From: the human T2T-CHM13v2.0 reference genome, Homo sapiens
Assembly: GCF_009914755.1 (NCBI RefSeq)
Contig: NC_060948.1
Reading direction: 5' to 3' (one strand)
DNA: 64,000 nucleotides
The translations under genes were made by a program, and so were the position numbers. This document shows positions 40,000 to 56,200 of this stretch, one piece after another. A model generated the notes under the pieces. It saw only the letters and a program-made list of their open reading frames with translations, was not told the origin of the DNA and ran no database searches. How positions within the stretch are numbered: the first letter of the stretch is position 1; every line of letters starts with the position of its first letter.

Positions 40000-42900
40000 C
40001 AAACGGAATGCAAAGGAATGGAATGGAATAGTATGGAATGGAATGGAAAGGAATGGAGTGGAATAGACTAGAGTGGAATGGAATGGACTGGAAAGCAATG
40101 GACTGGAATGGAACTTTCTTGAATGGACTGGAATCAAACGGAATGGAATGCAATGCAATCAAATGGCATGGAATAAAATAGAATGAAAGAGAATCAAATG
40201 GAATTGAATCGAATGGAATCGAATGGATTGGAAAGGAATAGAATGGAATGGAATGGAATTGACTCAAATGGAATGGACTAGAATGGAATGGATTCGAATG
40301 GAAGGCAAAGGAATGGAATCTATTGGAATGGACTGTAATGGAATGGAATGGAAGGGATTGGAATGGACTCGAATGGAATGGACTGCAATAGAAAGGATTC
40401 GAATGGAATGAAAAAGAATTGAATGGAATAGAACAGAATGGAATCAAATCGAATGAAATGGAATGGAATAGAAAGGAATGGAATGAAATGGAATGGAAAG
40501 GATTCGAATGGAATGCAATCGAATGGAATGGAATCGAACGGAATGGAATAAAATGGAAGAAAACTGGCAAGAAATGGAATCGAAATGAATGGAGTGTTAT
40601 GGAACGGACTCAAAAGGAATTGAATGTAATAGAATGGAGTGGAGTGGACTCGAATATAATGGACTGGAATGGAATGAAATCACATGGAATGGGAACGAAT
40701 GGAATGGAATGGAAAGGAATGGAATCGAATGGAAAGGAATCGAATGGAAGGGAATGAAATTGAATCAACAGGAATGGAAGGGAATAGAATACACGGTAAT
40801 GGAATGGACTCGAATAGAATGGACACGAATGCTCAAATTGAATGGACTCGAATGGAATGGAAACGAAAGGAATGTCATCGAATGGAATTGAATCAATTGG
40901 AATGAAATCGCATAGAATGGAGTGGAATCAAATGGAATTGAATCGAAAGGAAAGGAAGCGAATGGACTGAAATGAAATGGAATGGAATTGAATGGAAAGT
41001 AATGCAATGGAATAGAATGGAACGAAATTTCACGGAATGGAATCAAACTGAATGGAATCAAATCAATGGAATCAAATCAAATGGAATGGAAAGGAATTGA
41101 ATGGAGTAGATTGGATTGGATGGGATTGGAATGAAATGTACTGGAAAGGACTCGAATTTCATGAAACGGAATGGAATGAATTGGAACGGAATGGACTCGA
41201 ATGGAATGGAATGTCACGGAATGGCATCAAATGGAATGGCATCAATTGGAATGGAATCGAATGCAATGGAATGCTATGGAATGGAATGGAATGCATTGGA
41301 ATGGAATGTCCTCTAATGGAATGGATTCGAGTGGAATGGAATCGAATATAATGGAGTCGAATGAAATGGAATTGAAAGGAATGGGATCGAATACAATGGA
41401 ATATACTGGAATGTAATGTAATGAACTCGAATGTAATTGACTGGAATGGAATGTACGTGAATGGAATGTAATCGAATGGAAAGTAATCCAATGGAATAGA
41501 ATCTAATGCAATAAAATCGACTCAGATAGAGTAGAATGTAATGGAAAGGAGTGCAGTGCAATGGAATGGAATGGAATGGAATGCAATTGAATGGAATGGA
41601 ATGGAATGGAATGGAATGGAATGGAATGGGATGGAATGGTTTGGAATGGATAGTAATGGACTGGAGTGAAATGGACTGGAAAGGAATGGACTCAAATTGA
41701 AAGGGCTCGAAAGGAATGGAGTCAAATGGAATGGTCTGGAATGGAATGAACACGAATGTAATGCAATCCAATAGAATGGAATCGAATGGCATGGAATATA
41801 AAGAAATGGAATCGAAGAGAATGGAAACAAATGGAATGGAATTGAATGGAATGGAATTGAATGGAATGCGAACGAATGGAGTGAAATTGTATGCAGTAGA
41901 AGGGAATAGAATGGAATGCAAGCGAAAGGAAAGGAATGGATTGGAATGGAATGGAATTCATTGGAATGGAAGGGAATGTAGTGTAATGGACAGGCCTGGA
42001 ATAAAGTGGAATGCTACGGTCTCGAATGGAATAAAAATGTATGGAATGGAATGCAATGAAATGGAATCGAATGTCATAGAATGTAATGGAATGCAACAAA
42101 ATGGAATCCAATATCATTGACTGGAAAGGCTGGGTGTCGAAAGGAATTGACTCCAATGGAATGGAATCGAATGGAATGGAAGTGAATAGAATCGAACTAA
42201 ATCGAATGGAATGGAATTGATAGGAACGGAATGGAAAGGAATGCAATGATTTGGCATGGAATGGAATCGAATGGCATCGAATGGAATGGAATGGAATGCA
42301 ATGGAATGGAATGTATTGGAATGTATTAGAATATAATGAACTTTAATGGAATATACTCGAATGGATTCGACTGGAATGGAATGTTCTGGAAGTGAATGGA
42401 CTCCAATGGAATGGATTCCAAAGGAATGGAATCGTACGGAATGGAATCTAATGGAATGGAATTAAATGGAAATGAATCAAATTGAATAGCACGGAATTGA
42501 ATTGAATGGAATGGAATGCAATGGAATCTAATGAAACGGAAAGGAAAGGAATGGAATGGAATGGAATGGGCTGGAATGGAAAGGAATCGAAACGAATGGA
42601 ATGGAATCGAACTGAAGAGACTGGAATGGAATGCACTGGAATGGAAGGGAGTGTAATGGAAGGTTCTCGAAAAAAATGGAATCGAATGGAATGGAATTGA
42701 ATGGAACGGAATAGAGTCGAATGGAATTGAATGGAATGGAATGGACTAGAGTGAAATGGAATCGAACCACAAGGAATGGACAGGAATAGAATGGTCTCGA
42801 ATTGAATGGAATCGTATGGAATGGCATCAAACGGAATGGAATGGACAGCCACGGAATGGAATGCACTCGAATGCAATGGAGTCGAAACTAATGGACTGGA

Positions 42901-45900
42901 ATAGAATGGACTCGACTGGTACGGACTCCAATGGAATGGAATCGAATGGAAGGGAATCGAACGGAATGGACTCGAAGGGAAAAGACTGCAATGGAAAGGT
43001 CTCGAATGGAATGGAAATTAATGGAATGGAATGGAATCGAATGAAATGGAGTCAAAAGGAATGGAATCGAATGGCAAGAAATCGAATGTAATGGAATCGC
43101 AAGGAATTGATGTGAACGGAACGGAATGGAATGGAATCCAAAGGAATGGAATAGAATGGAATGGAATCGAATGGAAAGGACTCGAATGGAAATCACTCGA
43201 ATAGAATGCAATTTAATAAAATAGGATCAAATGTAATGGAATGGAATGGAAAGGAATCGAAACGAAAGGAATGGAGACAGATGGAATGGAATGGAACAGA
43301 GAGCAATGGTATAGAATGGAATGGAATCATCTGGAATGGAATTGAATGGAATGGAATAATATGAAATGGAATGGAATGGAATGGAATGGAATGCCCTTGA
43401 ATTAAATGGACTGGAATGGAATGGACTCGAACAGAGTGGAATGGAAAGTGTTGAGATAGAATGGAATGGACTCCTTTGGAATGGTCTAGTATGCAATGCA
43501 ATCGACTGGCAGGGAATCAAAAGGAATGTAATCGAATGGATTGGACTGGAATGCAATGGACTCGAATAGATTGGAAACGGAATGCAAAGGAATGGAATGG
43601 AATAGTATGGAATGGAATGGAAAGGAATGGAGTGGAATAGACTAGAGTGGAATGGAATGGACTGGAAAGCAATGGACTAGAATGGAACTTTCTTGAATGG
43701 ACTGGAATCAAACGGAATGGAATGCAATGCAATCAAATGGCATGGAATAAAATAGAATGAAAGAGAATCAAATGGAATTGAATCGAATGGAATCGAATGG
43801 ATTGGAAAGGAATAGAATGGAATGGAATGGAATTGACTCAAATGGAATGGACTAGAATGGAATGGATTCGAATGGAAGGCAAAGGAATGGAATCTATTGG
43901 AATGGACTGTAATGGAATGGAATGGAAGGGATTGGAATGGACTCGAATGGAATGGACTGCAATAGAAAGGATTCGAATGGAATGAAAAAGAATTGAATGG
44001 AATAGAACAGAATGGAATCAAATCGAATGAAATGGAATGGAATAGAAAGGAATGGAATGAAATGGAATGGAAAGGATTCGAATGGAATGCAATCGAATGG
44101 AATGGAATCGAACGGAATGGAATAAAATGGAAGAAAACTGGCAAGAAATGGAATCGAAATGAATGGAGTGTTATGGAACGGACTCAAAAGGAATTGAATG
44201 TAATAGAATGGAGTGGAGTGGACTCGAATATAATGGACTGGAATGGAATGAAATCACATGGAATGGGAACGAATGGAATGGAATGGAAAGGAATGGAATC
44301 GAATGGAAAGGAATCGAATGGAAGGGAATGAAATTGAATCAACAGGAATGGAAGGGAATAGAATACACGGTAATGGAATGGACTCGAATAGAATGGACAC
44401 GAATGCTCAAATTGAATGGACTCGAATGGAATGGAAACGAAAGGAATGTCATCGAATGGAATTGAATCAATTGGAATGAAATCGCATAGAATGGAGTGGA
44501 ATCAAATGGAATTGAATCGAAAGGAAAGGAAGCGAATGGACTGAAATGAAATGGAATGGAATTGAATGGAAAGTAATGCAATGGAATAGAATGGAACGAA
44601 ATTTCACGGAATGGAATCAAACTGAATGGAATCAAATCAATGGAATCAAATCAAATGGAATGGAAAGGAATTGAATGGAGTAGATTGGATTGGATGGGAT
44701 TGGAATGAAATGTACTGGAAAGGACTCGAATTTCATGAAACGGAATGGAATGAATTGGAACGGAATGGACTCGAATGGAATGGAATGTCACGGAATGGCA
44801 TCAAATGGAATGGCATCAATTGGAATGGAATCGAATGCAATGGAATGCTATGGAATGGAATGGAATGCATTGGAATGGAATGTCCTCTAATGGAATGGAT
44901 TCGAGTGGAATGGAATCGAATATAATGGAGTCGAATGAAATGGAATTGAAAGGAATGGGATCGAATACAATGGAATATACTGGAATGTAATGTAATGAAC
45001 TCGAATGTAATTGACTGGAATGGAATGTACGTGAATGGAATGTAATCGAATGGAAAGTAATCCAATGGAATAGAATCTAATGCAATAAAATCGACTCAGA
45101 TAGAGTAGAATGTAATGGAAAGGAGTGCAGTGCAATGGAATGGAATGGAATGGAATGCAATTGAATGGAATGGAATGGAATGGAATGGAATGGAATGGAA
45201 TGGGATGGAATGGTTTGGAATGGATAGTAATGGACTGGAGTGAAATGGACTGGAAAGGAATGGACTCAAATTGAAAGGGCTCGAAAGGAATGGAGTCAAA
45301 TGGAATGGTCTGGAATGGAATGAACACGAATGTAATGCAATCCAATAGAATGGAATCGAATGGCATGGAATATAAAGAAATGGAATCGAAGAGAATGGAA
45401 ACAAATGGAATGGAATTGAATGGAATGGAATTGAATGGAATGGGAACGAATGGAGTGAAATTGTATGCAGTAGAAGGGAATAGAATGGAATGCAAGCGAA
45501 AGGAAAGGAATGGATTGGAATGGAATGGAATTCATTGGAATGGAAGGGAATGTAGTGTAATGGACAGGCCTGGAATAAAGTGGAATGCTACGGTCTCGAA
45601 TGGAATAAAAATGTATGGAATGGAATGCAATGAAATGGAATCGAATGTCATAGAATGTAATGGAATGCAACAAAATGGAATCCAATATCATTGACTGGAA
45701 AGGCTGGGTGTCGAAAGGAATTGACTCCAATGGAATGGAATCGAATGGAATGGAAGTGAATAGAATCGAACTAAATCGAATGGAATGGAATTGATAGGAA
45801 CGGAATGGAAAGGAATGCAATGATTTGGCATGGAATGGAATCGAATGGCATCGAATGGAATGGAATGGAATGCAATGGAATGGAATGTATTGGAATGTAT

Positions 45901-47250
45901 TAGAATATAATGAACTTTAATGGAATATACTCGAATGGATTCGACTGGAATGGAATGTTCTGGAAGTGAATGGACTCCAATGGAATGGATTCCAAAGGAA
46001 TGGAATCGTACGGAATGGAATCTAATGGAATGGAATTAAATGGAAATGAATCAAATTGAATAGCACGGAATTGAATTGAATGGAATGGAATGCAATGGAA
46101 TCTAATGAAACGGAAAGGAAAGGAATGGAATGGAATGGAATGGGCTGGAATGGAAAGGAATCGAAACGAATGGAATGGAATCGAACTGAAGAGACTGGAA
46201 TGGAATGCACTGGAATGGAAGGGAGTGTAATGGAAGGTTCTCGAAAAAAATGGAATCGAATGGAATGGAATTGAATGGAACGGAATAGAGTCGAATGGAA
46301 TTGAATGGAATGGAATGGACTAGAGTGAAATGGAATCGAACCACAAGGAATGGACAGGAATAGAATGGTCTCGAATTGAATGGAATCGTATGGAATGGCA
46401 TCAAACGGAATGGAATGGACAGCCACGGAATGGAATGCACTCGAATGCAATGGAGTCGAAACTAATGGACTGGAATAGAATGGACTCGACTGGTACGGAC
46501 TCCAATGGAATGGAATCGAATGGAAGGGAATCGAACGGAATGGACTCGAAGGGAAAAGACTGCAATGGAAAGGTCTCGAATGGAATGGAAATTAATGGAA
46601 TGGAATGGAATCGAATGAAATGGAGTCAAAAGGAATGGAATCGAATGGCAAGAAATCGAATGTAATGGAATCGCAAGGAATTGATGTGAACGGAACGGAA
46701 TGGAATGGAATCCAAAGGAATGGAATAGAATGGAATGGAATCGAATGGAAAGGACTCGAATGGAAATCACTCGAATAGAATGCAATTTAATAAAATAGGA
46801 TCAAATGTAATGGAATGGAATGGAAAGGAATCGAAACGAAAGGAATGGAGACAGATGGAATGGAATGGAACAGAGAGCAATGGTATAGAATGGAATGGAA
46901 TCATCTGGAATGGAATTGAATGGAATGGAATAATATGAAATGGAATGGAATGGAATGGAATGGAATGCCCTTGAATTAAATGGACTGGAATGGAATGGAC
47001 TCGAACAGAGTGGAATGGAAAGTGTTGAGATAGAATGGAATGGACTCCTTTGGAATGGTCTAGTATGCAATGCAATCGACTGGCAGGGAATCAAAAGGAA
47101 TGTAATCGAATGGATTGGACTGGAATGCAATGGACTCGAATAGATTGGAAACGGAATGCAAAGGAATGGAATGGAATAGTATGGAATGGAATGGAAAGGA
47201 ATGGAGTGGAATAGACTAGAGTGGAATGGAATGAACTGGAAAGCAATGGA
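40000..47250 (+). repeat. Recent near-identical monomer-scale tandem duplication, period 3574 bp (U12/U13 into U14)
   Basis: Shared 10-bp insertion ATGTATTGGAATGTATTAGAATATA (~42311, ~45885), ACACGGTAAT (~40791, ~44365), GTCACGG, GTACGTGA and GGTTTGG. Boundaries approximate. Confidence 0.85.
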
Positions 47251-50200
47251 CTAGAATGGAACTTTCTTGAATGGACTGGAATCAAACGGAATGGAATGCA
47301 ATGCAATCAAATGGCATGGAATAAAATAGAATGAAAGAGAATCAAATGGAATTGAATCGAATGGATTCGAATGGATTGTAAAGGAATAGAATGGAATGGA
47401 ATGGAATTGACTCAAATGGAATGGACTAGAATGGAATGGATTCGAATGGAAGGCAAAGGAATGGAATCTATTGGAATGGACTGTAATGGAATGGAATGGA
47501 AGGGATTGGAATGGACTCGAATGGAATGGACTGCAATAGAAAGGATTCGAATGGAATGAAAAAGAATTGAATGGAATAGAACAGAATGGAATCAAATCGA
47601 ATGAAATGGAATGGAATAGAAAGGAATGGAATGAAATGGAATGGAAAAGATTCGAATGGAATGCAATCGAATGGAATGGAATCGAACGGAATGGAATAAA
47701 ATGGAAGAAAACTGGCAAGAAATGGAATCGAAATGAATGGAGTGTTATGGAACGGACTCAAAAGGAATTGAATGTAATAGAATGGAGTGGAGTGGACTCG
47801 AATATAATGGACTGGAATGGAATGAAATCACATGGAATGGGAACGAATGGAATGGAATGGAAAGGAATGGAATCGAATGGAAAGGAATCGAATGGAAGGG
47901 AATGAAATTGAATCAACAGGAATGGAAGGGAATAGAATAGACGGTAATGGAATGGACTCGAATAGAATGGACACGAATGCTCAAATTGAATGGATTCGAA
48001 TGGAATGGAAACGAAAGGAATGTCATCGAATGGAATTGAATCGATTGGAATGAAATCGCATAGAATGGAGTGGAATCAAATGGAATTGAATCGAAAGGAA
48101 AGGAAGCGAATGGACTGAAATGAAATGGAATGGAATTGAATGGAAAGTAATGCAATGGAATAGAATGGAACGAAATTTCACGGAATGGAATCAAACTGAA
48201 TGGAATCAAATCAATGGAATCTAATCAAATGGAATGGAAAGGAATTGAATGGAGTAGATTGGATTGGATGGGATTGGAATGAAATGTACTGGAAAGGACT
48301 CGAATTTCATGAAACGGAATGGAATGAATTGGAACGGAATGGACTCGAATGGAATGGAATGTCATGGAATGGCATCGAATGGAATGGCATCAAATGGAAT
48401 GGAATCGAATGCAATGGAATGTTATGGAATGGAATGGAATGCATTGGAATGGAATGTCCTCTAATGGAATGGATTCGAGTGGAATGGAATCGAATATAAT
48501 GGAGTCGAATGAAATGGAATTGAAAGGAATGGGATCGAATAGAATGGAATATACTGGAATGTAATGTAATGAACACGAATGTAATTGACTGGAATGGAAT
48601 GTACATGAATGGAAGGTAATCGAATGGAAAGTAATCCAATGGAATAGAATCTAATGCAATAAAACCGACTCAGATAGAGTAGAATGTAATGGAATGGAGT
48701 GCAGTGCAATGGAATGGAATGGAATTGAATGCAATGGAATGGCATGGAATGGAATGGAATGGAATGGAATGGGATGGAATGGTATGGAATGGATAGTAAT
48801 GGACTGGAGTGAAATGGACTGGAAAGGAATGGACTCAAATTGAAAGGGCTCGAAAGGAATGGAGTCAAATGGAATGGTCTGGAATGGAATGAACACGAAT
48901 GTAATGCAATCCAATAGAATGGAATCGAATGGCATGGAATATAAAGAAATGGAATCGAAGAGAATGGAAACAAATGGAATGGAATTGAATGGAATGGAAT
49001 TGAATGGAATGGGAACGAATGGAGTGAAATTGTATGCAGTAGAAGGGAATAGAATGGAATGCAAGCGAAAGGAAAGGAATGGATTGGAATGGAATGGAAT
49101 TCATTGGAATGGAAGGGAATGTAGTGTAATGGACAGGCCTGGAATAAAGTGGAATGCTACGGTCTCGAATGGAATAAAAATGTATGGAATGGAATGCAAT
49201 GAAACGGAATCGAATGTCATAGAATGTAATGGAATGCAACAAAATGGAATCCAAAATCATTGACTGGAAAGGCTGGGTGTCGAAAGGAATTGACTCCAAT
49301 GGAATGGAATCGAATGGAATGGAAGTGAATAGAATCGAACTAAATCGAATGGAATGGAATTGATAGGAACGGAATGGAAAGGAATGCAATGATTTGGCAT
49401 GGAATGGAATCGAATGGCATCGAATGGAATGGAATGGAATGCAATGGAATGGAATGTATTAGAATGTAATGAACTTTAATGGAATGTACTCGAATGGATT
49501 CGACTGGAATGGAATGTTCTGGAAGTGAACGGACTCCAATGGAATGGATTCAAAAGGAATGGAATCGTACGGAATGGAATCTAATGGAATGGAATTAAAT
49601 GGAAATGAATCAAATTGAATAGCACGGAATTGAATTGAATGGAATGGAATGCAATGGAATCTAATGAAACGGAAAGGAAAGGAATGGAATGGAATGGAAT
49701 GGGCTGGAATGGAAAGGAATCGAAACGAATGGAATGGAATCGAACTGAAGAGACTGGAATGGAATGCACTGGAATGGAAGGGAGTGTAATGGAAGGTTCT
49801 CGCAAAAAATGGAATCGAATGGAATGGAATTGAATGGAACGGAATAGAGTCGAATGGAATTGAATGGAATGGAATGGACTAGAGTGAAATGGAATCGAAC
49901 CACAAGGAATGGACAGGAATAGAATGGTCTCGAATTGAATGGAATCGTATGGAATGGCATCAAACGGAATGGAATGGACAGCCACGGAATGGAATGCACT
50001 CGAATGCAATGGAGTCGAAACTAATGGACTGGAATAGAATGGACTCGACTGGTACGGACTCCAATGGAATGGAATCGAATGGAAGGGAATCGAACGGAAT
50101 GGACTCGAAGGGAAAAGACTGCAATGGAAAGGTCTCGAATGGAATGGAAATTAATGGAATGGAATGGAATCGAATGAAATGGAGTCAAAAGGAATGGAAT

Positions 50201-53200
50201 CGAATGGCAAGAAATCGAATGTAATGGAATCGCAAGGAATTGATGCGAACGGAACGGAATGGAATGGAATCCAAAGGAATGGAATAGAATGGAATGGAAT
50301 CGAATGGAAAGGACTCGAATGGAAATCACTCGAATAGAATGCAATTTAATAAAATAGGATCAAATGTAATGGAATGGAATGGAAAGGAATCGAAACGAAA
50401 GGAATGGAGACAGATGGAATGGAATGGAACAGAGAGCAATGGTATAGAATGGAATGGAATCATCTGGAATGGAATTGAATGGAATGGAATAATATGAAAT
50501 GGAATGGAATGGAATGGAATGGAATGCCCTTGAATTAAATGGACTGGAATGGAATGGACTCGAACAGAGTGGAATGGAAAGTGTTGAGATAGAATGGAAT
50601 GGACTCCTTTGGAATGGTGTAGTATGCAATGCAATCGACTGGCAGGGAATCAAAAGGAATGTAATGGAATGGACTGGACTGGAATGCAATGGACTCGAAT
50701 AGATTGGAAACGGGATGCAAAGGAATGGAATGGAATAGTATGGAATGGAATGGAAAGGAATGGAGTGGAATAGACTAGAGTGGAATGGAATGGACTGGAA
50801 AGCAATGGACTGGAATGGATCTTTCTTGAATGGACTGGAATCAAACGGAATGGAATGCAATGCAATCAAATGGCATGGAATAAAATAGAATGAAAGAGAA
50901 TCAAATGGAATTGAATCGAATGGAATCGAATGGATTGGAAAGGAATAGAATGGAATGGAATGGAATTGACTCAAATGGAATGGACTAGAATGGAATGGAT
51001 TCGAATGGAAGGCAAAGGAATGGAATCTATTGGAATGGACTGTAATGGAATGGAATGGAAGGGATTGGAATGGACTCGAATGGAATGGACTGCAATAGAA
51101 AGGATTCGAATGGAATGAAAAAGAATTGAATGGAATAGAACAGAATGGAATCAAATCGAATGAAATGGAATGGAATAGAAAGGAATGGAATGAAATGGAA
51201 TGGAAAGGATTCGAATGGAATGCAATCGAATGGAATGGAATCGAACGGAATGGAATAAAATGGAAGAAAACTGGCAAGAAATGGAATCGAAATGAATGGA
51301 GTGTTATGGAACGGACTCAAAAGGAATTGAATGTAATTGAATGGAGTGGAGTGGACTCGAATATAATGGACTGGAATGGAATGAAATCACATGGAATGGG
51401 AACGAATGGAATGGAATGGAAAGGAATGGAATCGAATGGAAAGGAATCGAATGGAAAGGAATGAAATTGAATCAACAGGAATGGAAGGGAATAGAATAGA
51501 CGGTAATGGAATGGACTCGAATAGAATGGACACGAATGCTCAAATTGAATGGACTCGAATGGAATGGAAACGAAAGGAATGTCATCGAATGGAATTGAAT
51601 CGATTGGAATGAAATCGCATAGAATGGAGTGGAATCAAATGGAATTGAATCGAAAGGAAAGGAAGCGAATGGACTGAAATGAAATGGAATGGAATTGAAT
51701 GGAAAGTAATGCAATGGAATAGAATGGAACGAAATTTCACGGAATGGAATCAAACTGAATGGAATCAAATCAATGGAATCCAATCAAATGGAATGGAGTA
51801 GATTGGATTGGATGGGATTGGAATGAAATGTACTGGAAAGGACTCGAATTTCATGAAACGGAATGGAATGAATTGGAACGGAATGGACTCGAATGGAATG
51901 GAATGTCATAGAATGGTATCAAATGGAATGGCATCAAATGGAATGGAATCGAATGCAATGGAATGCTATGGAATGGAATGGAATGCATTGGAATGGAATG
52001 TCCTCTAATGGAATGGATTCGAGTGGAATGGAATCGAATATAATGGAGTCGAATGAAATGGAATTGAAAGGAATGGGATGGAATACAATGGAATATACTG
52101 GAATGTAATGTAATGAACTCGAATGTAATTGACTGGAATGGAATGTACATGAGTGGAATGTAATCGAATGGAAAGTAATCCAATGGAATAGAATCTAATG
52201 CAATAAAATCGACTCAGATAGAGTAGAATGTAATGGAATGGAGTGCAGTGCAATGTAATGGAATGGAATGGAATGCAATGGAATGGAATGGAATGGAATG
52301 GAATGGAATGGAATGGAATGGGATGGAATGGTATGGAATGGATAGTAATGGACTGGAGTGAAATGGACTGGAAAGGAATGGACTCAAATTGAAAGGTCTC
52401 GAAAGGAATGGAGTCAAATGGAATGGTCTGGAATGGAATGAACACGAATGTAATGCAATCCAATAGAATGGAATCGAATGGCATGGAATATAAAGAAATG
52501 GAATCGGAGAGAATGGAAACAAATGGAATGGAATTGAATGGAATGGAATTGAATGGAATGGGAACGAATGGAGTGAAATTGTATGCAGTAGAAGGGAATA
52601 GAATGGAATGCAAGCGAAAGGAAAGGAATGGATTGGAATGGAATGGAATTCATTGGAATGGAAGGGAATGTAGTGTAATGGACAGGCCTGGAATAAAGTG
52701 GAATGCTACGGTCTCGAATGGAATAAAAATGTATGGAATGGAATGCAATGAAATGGAATCGAATGTCATAGAATGTAATGGAATGCAACAAAATGGAATC
52801 CAATAACATTGACTGGAAAGGCTGGGTGTCGAAAGGAATTGGCTCCAATGGAATGGAATCGAATGGAATGGAAGTGAATAGAATCGAACTAAATCGAATG
52901 GAATGGAATTGATAGGAACGGAATGGAAAGGAATGCAATGATTTGGCATGGAATGGAATCGAATGGCATCGAATGGAATGGAATGGAATGCAATGGAATG
53001 GAATGTATTAGAATGTAATGAACTTTAATGGAATATACTCGTATGGATTCGACTGGAATGGAATGTTCTGGAAGTGAATGGACTCCAATGGAATGGATTC
53101 CAAAGGAATGGAATCGTACGGAATGGAATCTAATGGAATGGAATTAAATGGAAATGAATCAAATTGAATAGCACGGAATTGAATTGAATGGAATGGAATG

Positions 53201-56200
53201 CAATGGAATCTAATGAAACGGAAAGGAAAGGAATGGAATGGAATGGAATGGGCTGGAATGGAAAGGAATCGAAACGAATGGAATGGAATCGAACTGAAGA
53301 GACTGGAATGGAATGCACTGGAATGGAAGGGAGTGTAATGGAAGGTTCTCGAAAAAAATGGAATCGAATGGAATGGAATTGAATGGAACGGAATAGAGTC
53401 GAATGGAATTGAATGGAATGGAATGGACTAGAGTGAAATGGAATCGAACCACAAGGAATGGACAGGAATAGAATGGTCTCGAATTGAATGGAATCGTATG
53501 GAATGGCATCAAACGGAATGGAATGGACAGCCACGGAATGGAATGCACTCGAATGCAATGGAGTCGAAACTAATGGACTGGAATAGAATGGACTCGACTG
53601 GTACGGACTCCAATGGAATGGAATCGAATGGAAGGGAATCGAACGGAATGGACTCGAAGGGAAAAGACTGCAATGGAAAGGTCTCGAATGGAATGGAAAT
53701 TAATGGAATGGAATGGAATCGAATGAAATGGAGTCAAAAGGAATGGAATCGAATGGCAAGAAATCGAATGTAATGGAATCGCAAGGAATTGATGTGAACG
53801 GAACGGAATGGAATGGAATCCAAAGGAATGGAATAGAATGGAATGGAATCGAATGGAAAGGACTTGAATGGAAATCACTCGAATAGAATGCAATTTAATA
53901 AAATAGGAACAAATGTAATGGAATGGAATGGAAAGGAATCGAAACGAAAGGAATGGAGACAGATGGAATGGAATGGAACAGAGAGCAATGGTATAGAATG
54001 GAATGGAATCATCTGGAATGGAATTGAATGGAATGGAATAATATGAAATGGAATGGAATGGAATGGAATGGAATGCCCTTGAATTAAATGGACTGGAATG
54101 GAATGGACTCGAACAGAGTGGAATGGAAAGTGTTGAGATAGAATGGAATGGACTCCTTTGGAATGGTCTAGTATCCAATGCAATCGACTGGCAGGGAATC
54201 AAAAGGAATGTAATCGAATGGATTGGACTGGAATGCAATGGACTCGAATAGATTGGAAACGGAATGCAAAGGAATGGAATGGAATAGTATGGAATGGAAT
54301 GGAAAGGAATGGAGTGGAATAGACTAGAGTGGAATGGAATGGACTGGAAAGCAATGGACTAGAATGGAACTTTCTTGAATGGACTGGAATCAAACGGAAT
54401 GGAATACAATGCAATCAAATGGCATGGAATAAAATAGAATGAAAGAGAATCAAATGGAATTGAATCGAATGGATTCGAATGGATTGTAAAGGAATAGAAT
54501 GGAATGGAATGGAATTGACTCAAATGGAATGGACTAGAATGGAATGGATTCGAATGGAAGGCAAAGGAATGGAATCTATTGGAATGGACTGTAATGGAAT
54601 GGAATGGAAGGGATTGGAATGGACTCGAATGGAATGGACTGCAATAGAAAGGATTCGAATGGAATGAAAAAGAATTGAATGGAATAGAACAGAATGGAAT
54701 CAAATCGAATGAAATGGAATGGAATAGAAAGGAATGGAATGAAATGGAATGGAAAGGATTCGAATGGAATGCAATCGAATGGAATGGAATCGAACGGAAT
54801 GGAATAAAATGGAAGAAAACTGGCAAGAAATGGAATCGAAATGAATGGAGTGTTATGGAACGGACTCAAAAGGAATTGAATGTAATAGAATGGAGTGCAG
54901 TGGACTCGAATATAATGGACTGGAATGGAATGAAATCACATGGAATGGGAACGAATGGAATGGAATGGAAAGGAATGGAATCGAATGGAAAGGAATCGAA
55001 TGGAAGGGAATGAAATTGAATCAACAGGAATGGAAGGGAATAGAATAGACGGTAATGGAATGGACTCGAATAGAATGGACACGAATGCTCAAATTGAATG
55101 GATTCGAATGGAATGGAAACGAAAGGAATGTAATCGAATGGAATTGAATCGATTGGAATGAAATCGCATAGAATGGAGTGGAATCAAATGGAATTGAATC
55201 GAAAGGAAAGGAAGCGAATGGACTGAAATGAAATGGAATGGAATTGAATGGAAAGTAATGCAATGGAATAGAATGGAACGAAATTTCACGGAATGGAATC
55301 AAACTGAATGGAATCAAATCAATGGAATCTAATCAAATGGAATGGAAAGGAATTGAATGGAGTAGATTGGATTGGATGGGATTGGAATGAAATGTACTGG
55401 AAAGGACTCGAATTTCATGAAACGGAATGGAATGAATTGGAACGGAATGGACTCGAATGGAATGGAATGTCATGGAATGGCATCGAATGGAATGGCATCA
55501 AATGGAATGGAATCGAATGCAATGGAATGTTATGGAATGGAATGGAATGCATTGGAATGGAATGTCCTCTAATGGAATGGATTCGAGTGGAATGGAATCG
55601 AATATAATGGAGTCGAATGAAATGGAATTGAAAGGAATGGGATCGAATAGAATGGAATATACTGGAATGTAATGTAATGAACACGAATGTAATTGACTGG
55701 AATGGAATGTATATGAATGGAAGGTAATCGAATGGAAAGTAATCCAATGGAATAGAATCTAATGCAATAAAACCGACTCAGATAGAGTAGAATGTAATGG
55801 AATGGAGTGCAGTGCAATGGAATGGAATGGAATTGAATGCAATGGAATGGAATGGAATGGAATGGAATGGGATGGAATGGTATGGAATGGATAGTAATGG
55901 ACTGGAGTGAAATGGACTGGAAAGGAATGGACTCAAATTGAAAGGGCTCGAAAGGAATGGAGTCAAATGGAATGGTCTGGAATGGAATGAACACGAATGT
56001 AATGCAATCCAATAGAATGGAATCGAATGGCATGGAATATAAAGAAATGGAATCGAAGAGAATGGAAACAAATGGAATGGAATTGAATGGAATGGAATTG
56101 AATGGAATGGGAACGAATGGAGTGAAATTGTATGCAGTAGAAGGGAATAGAATGGAATGCAAGCGAAAGGAAAGGAATGGATTGGAATGGAATGGAATTC

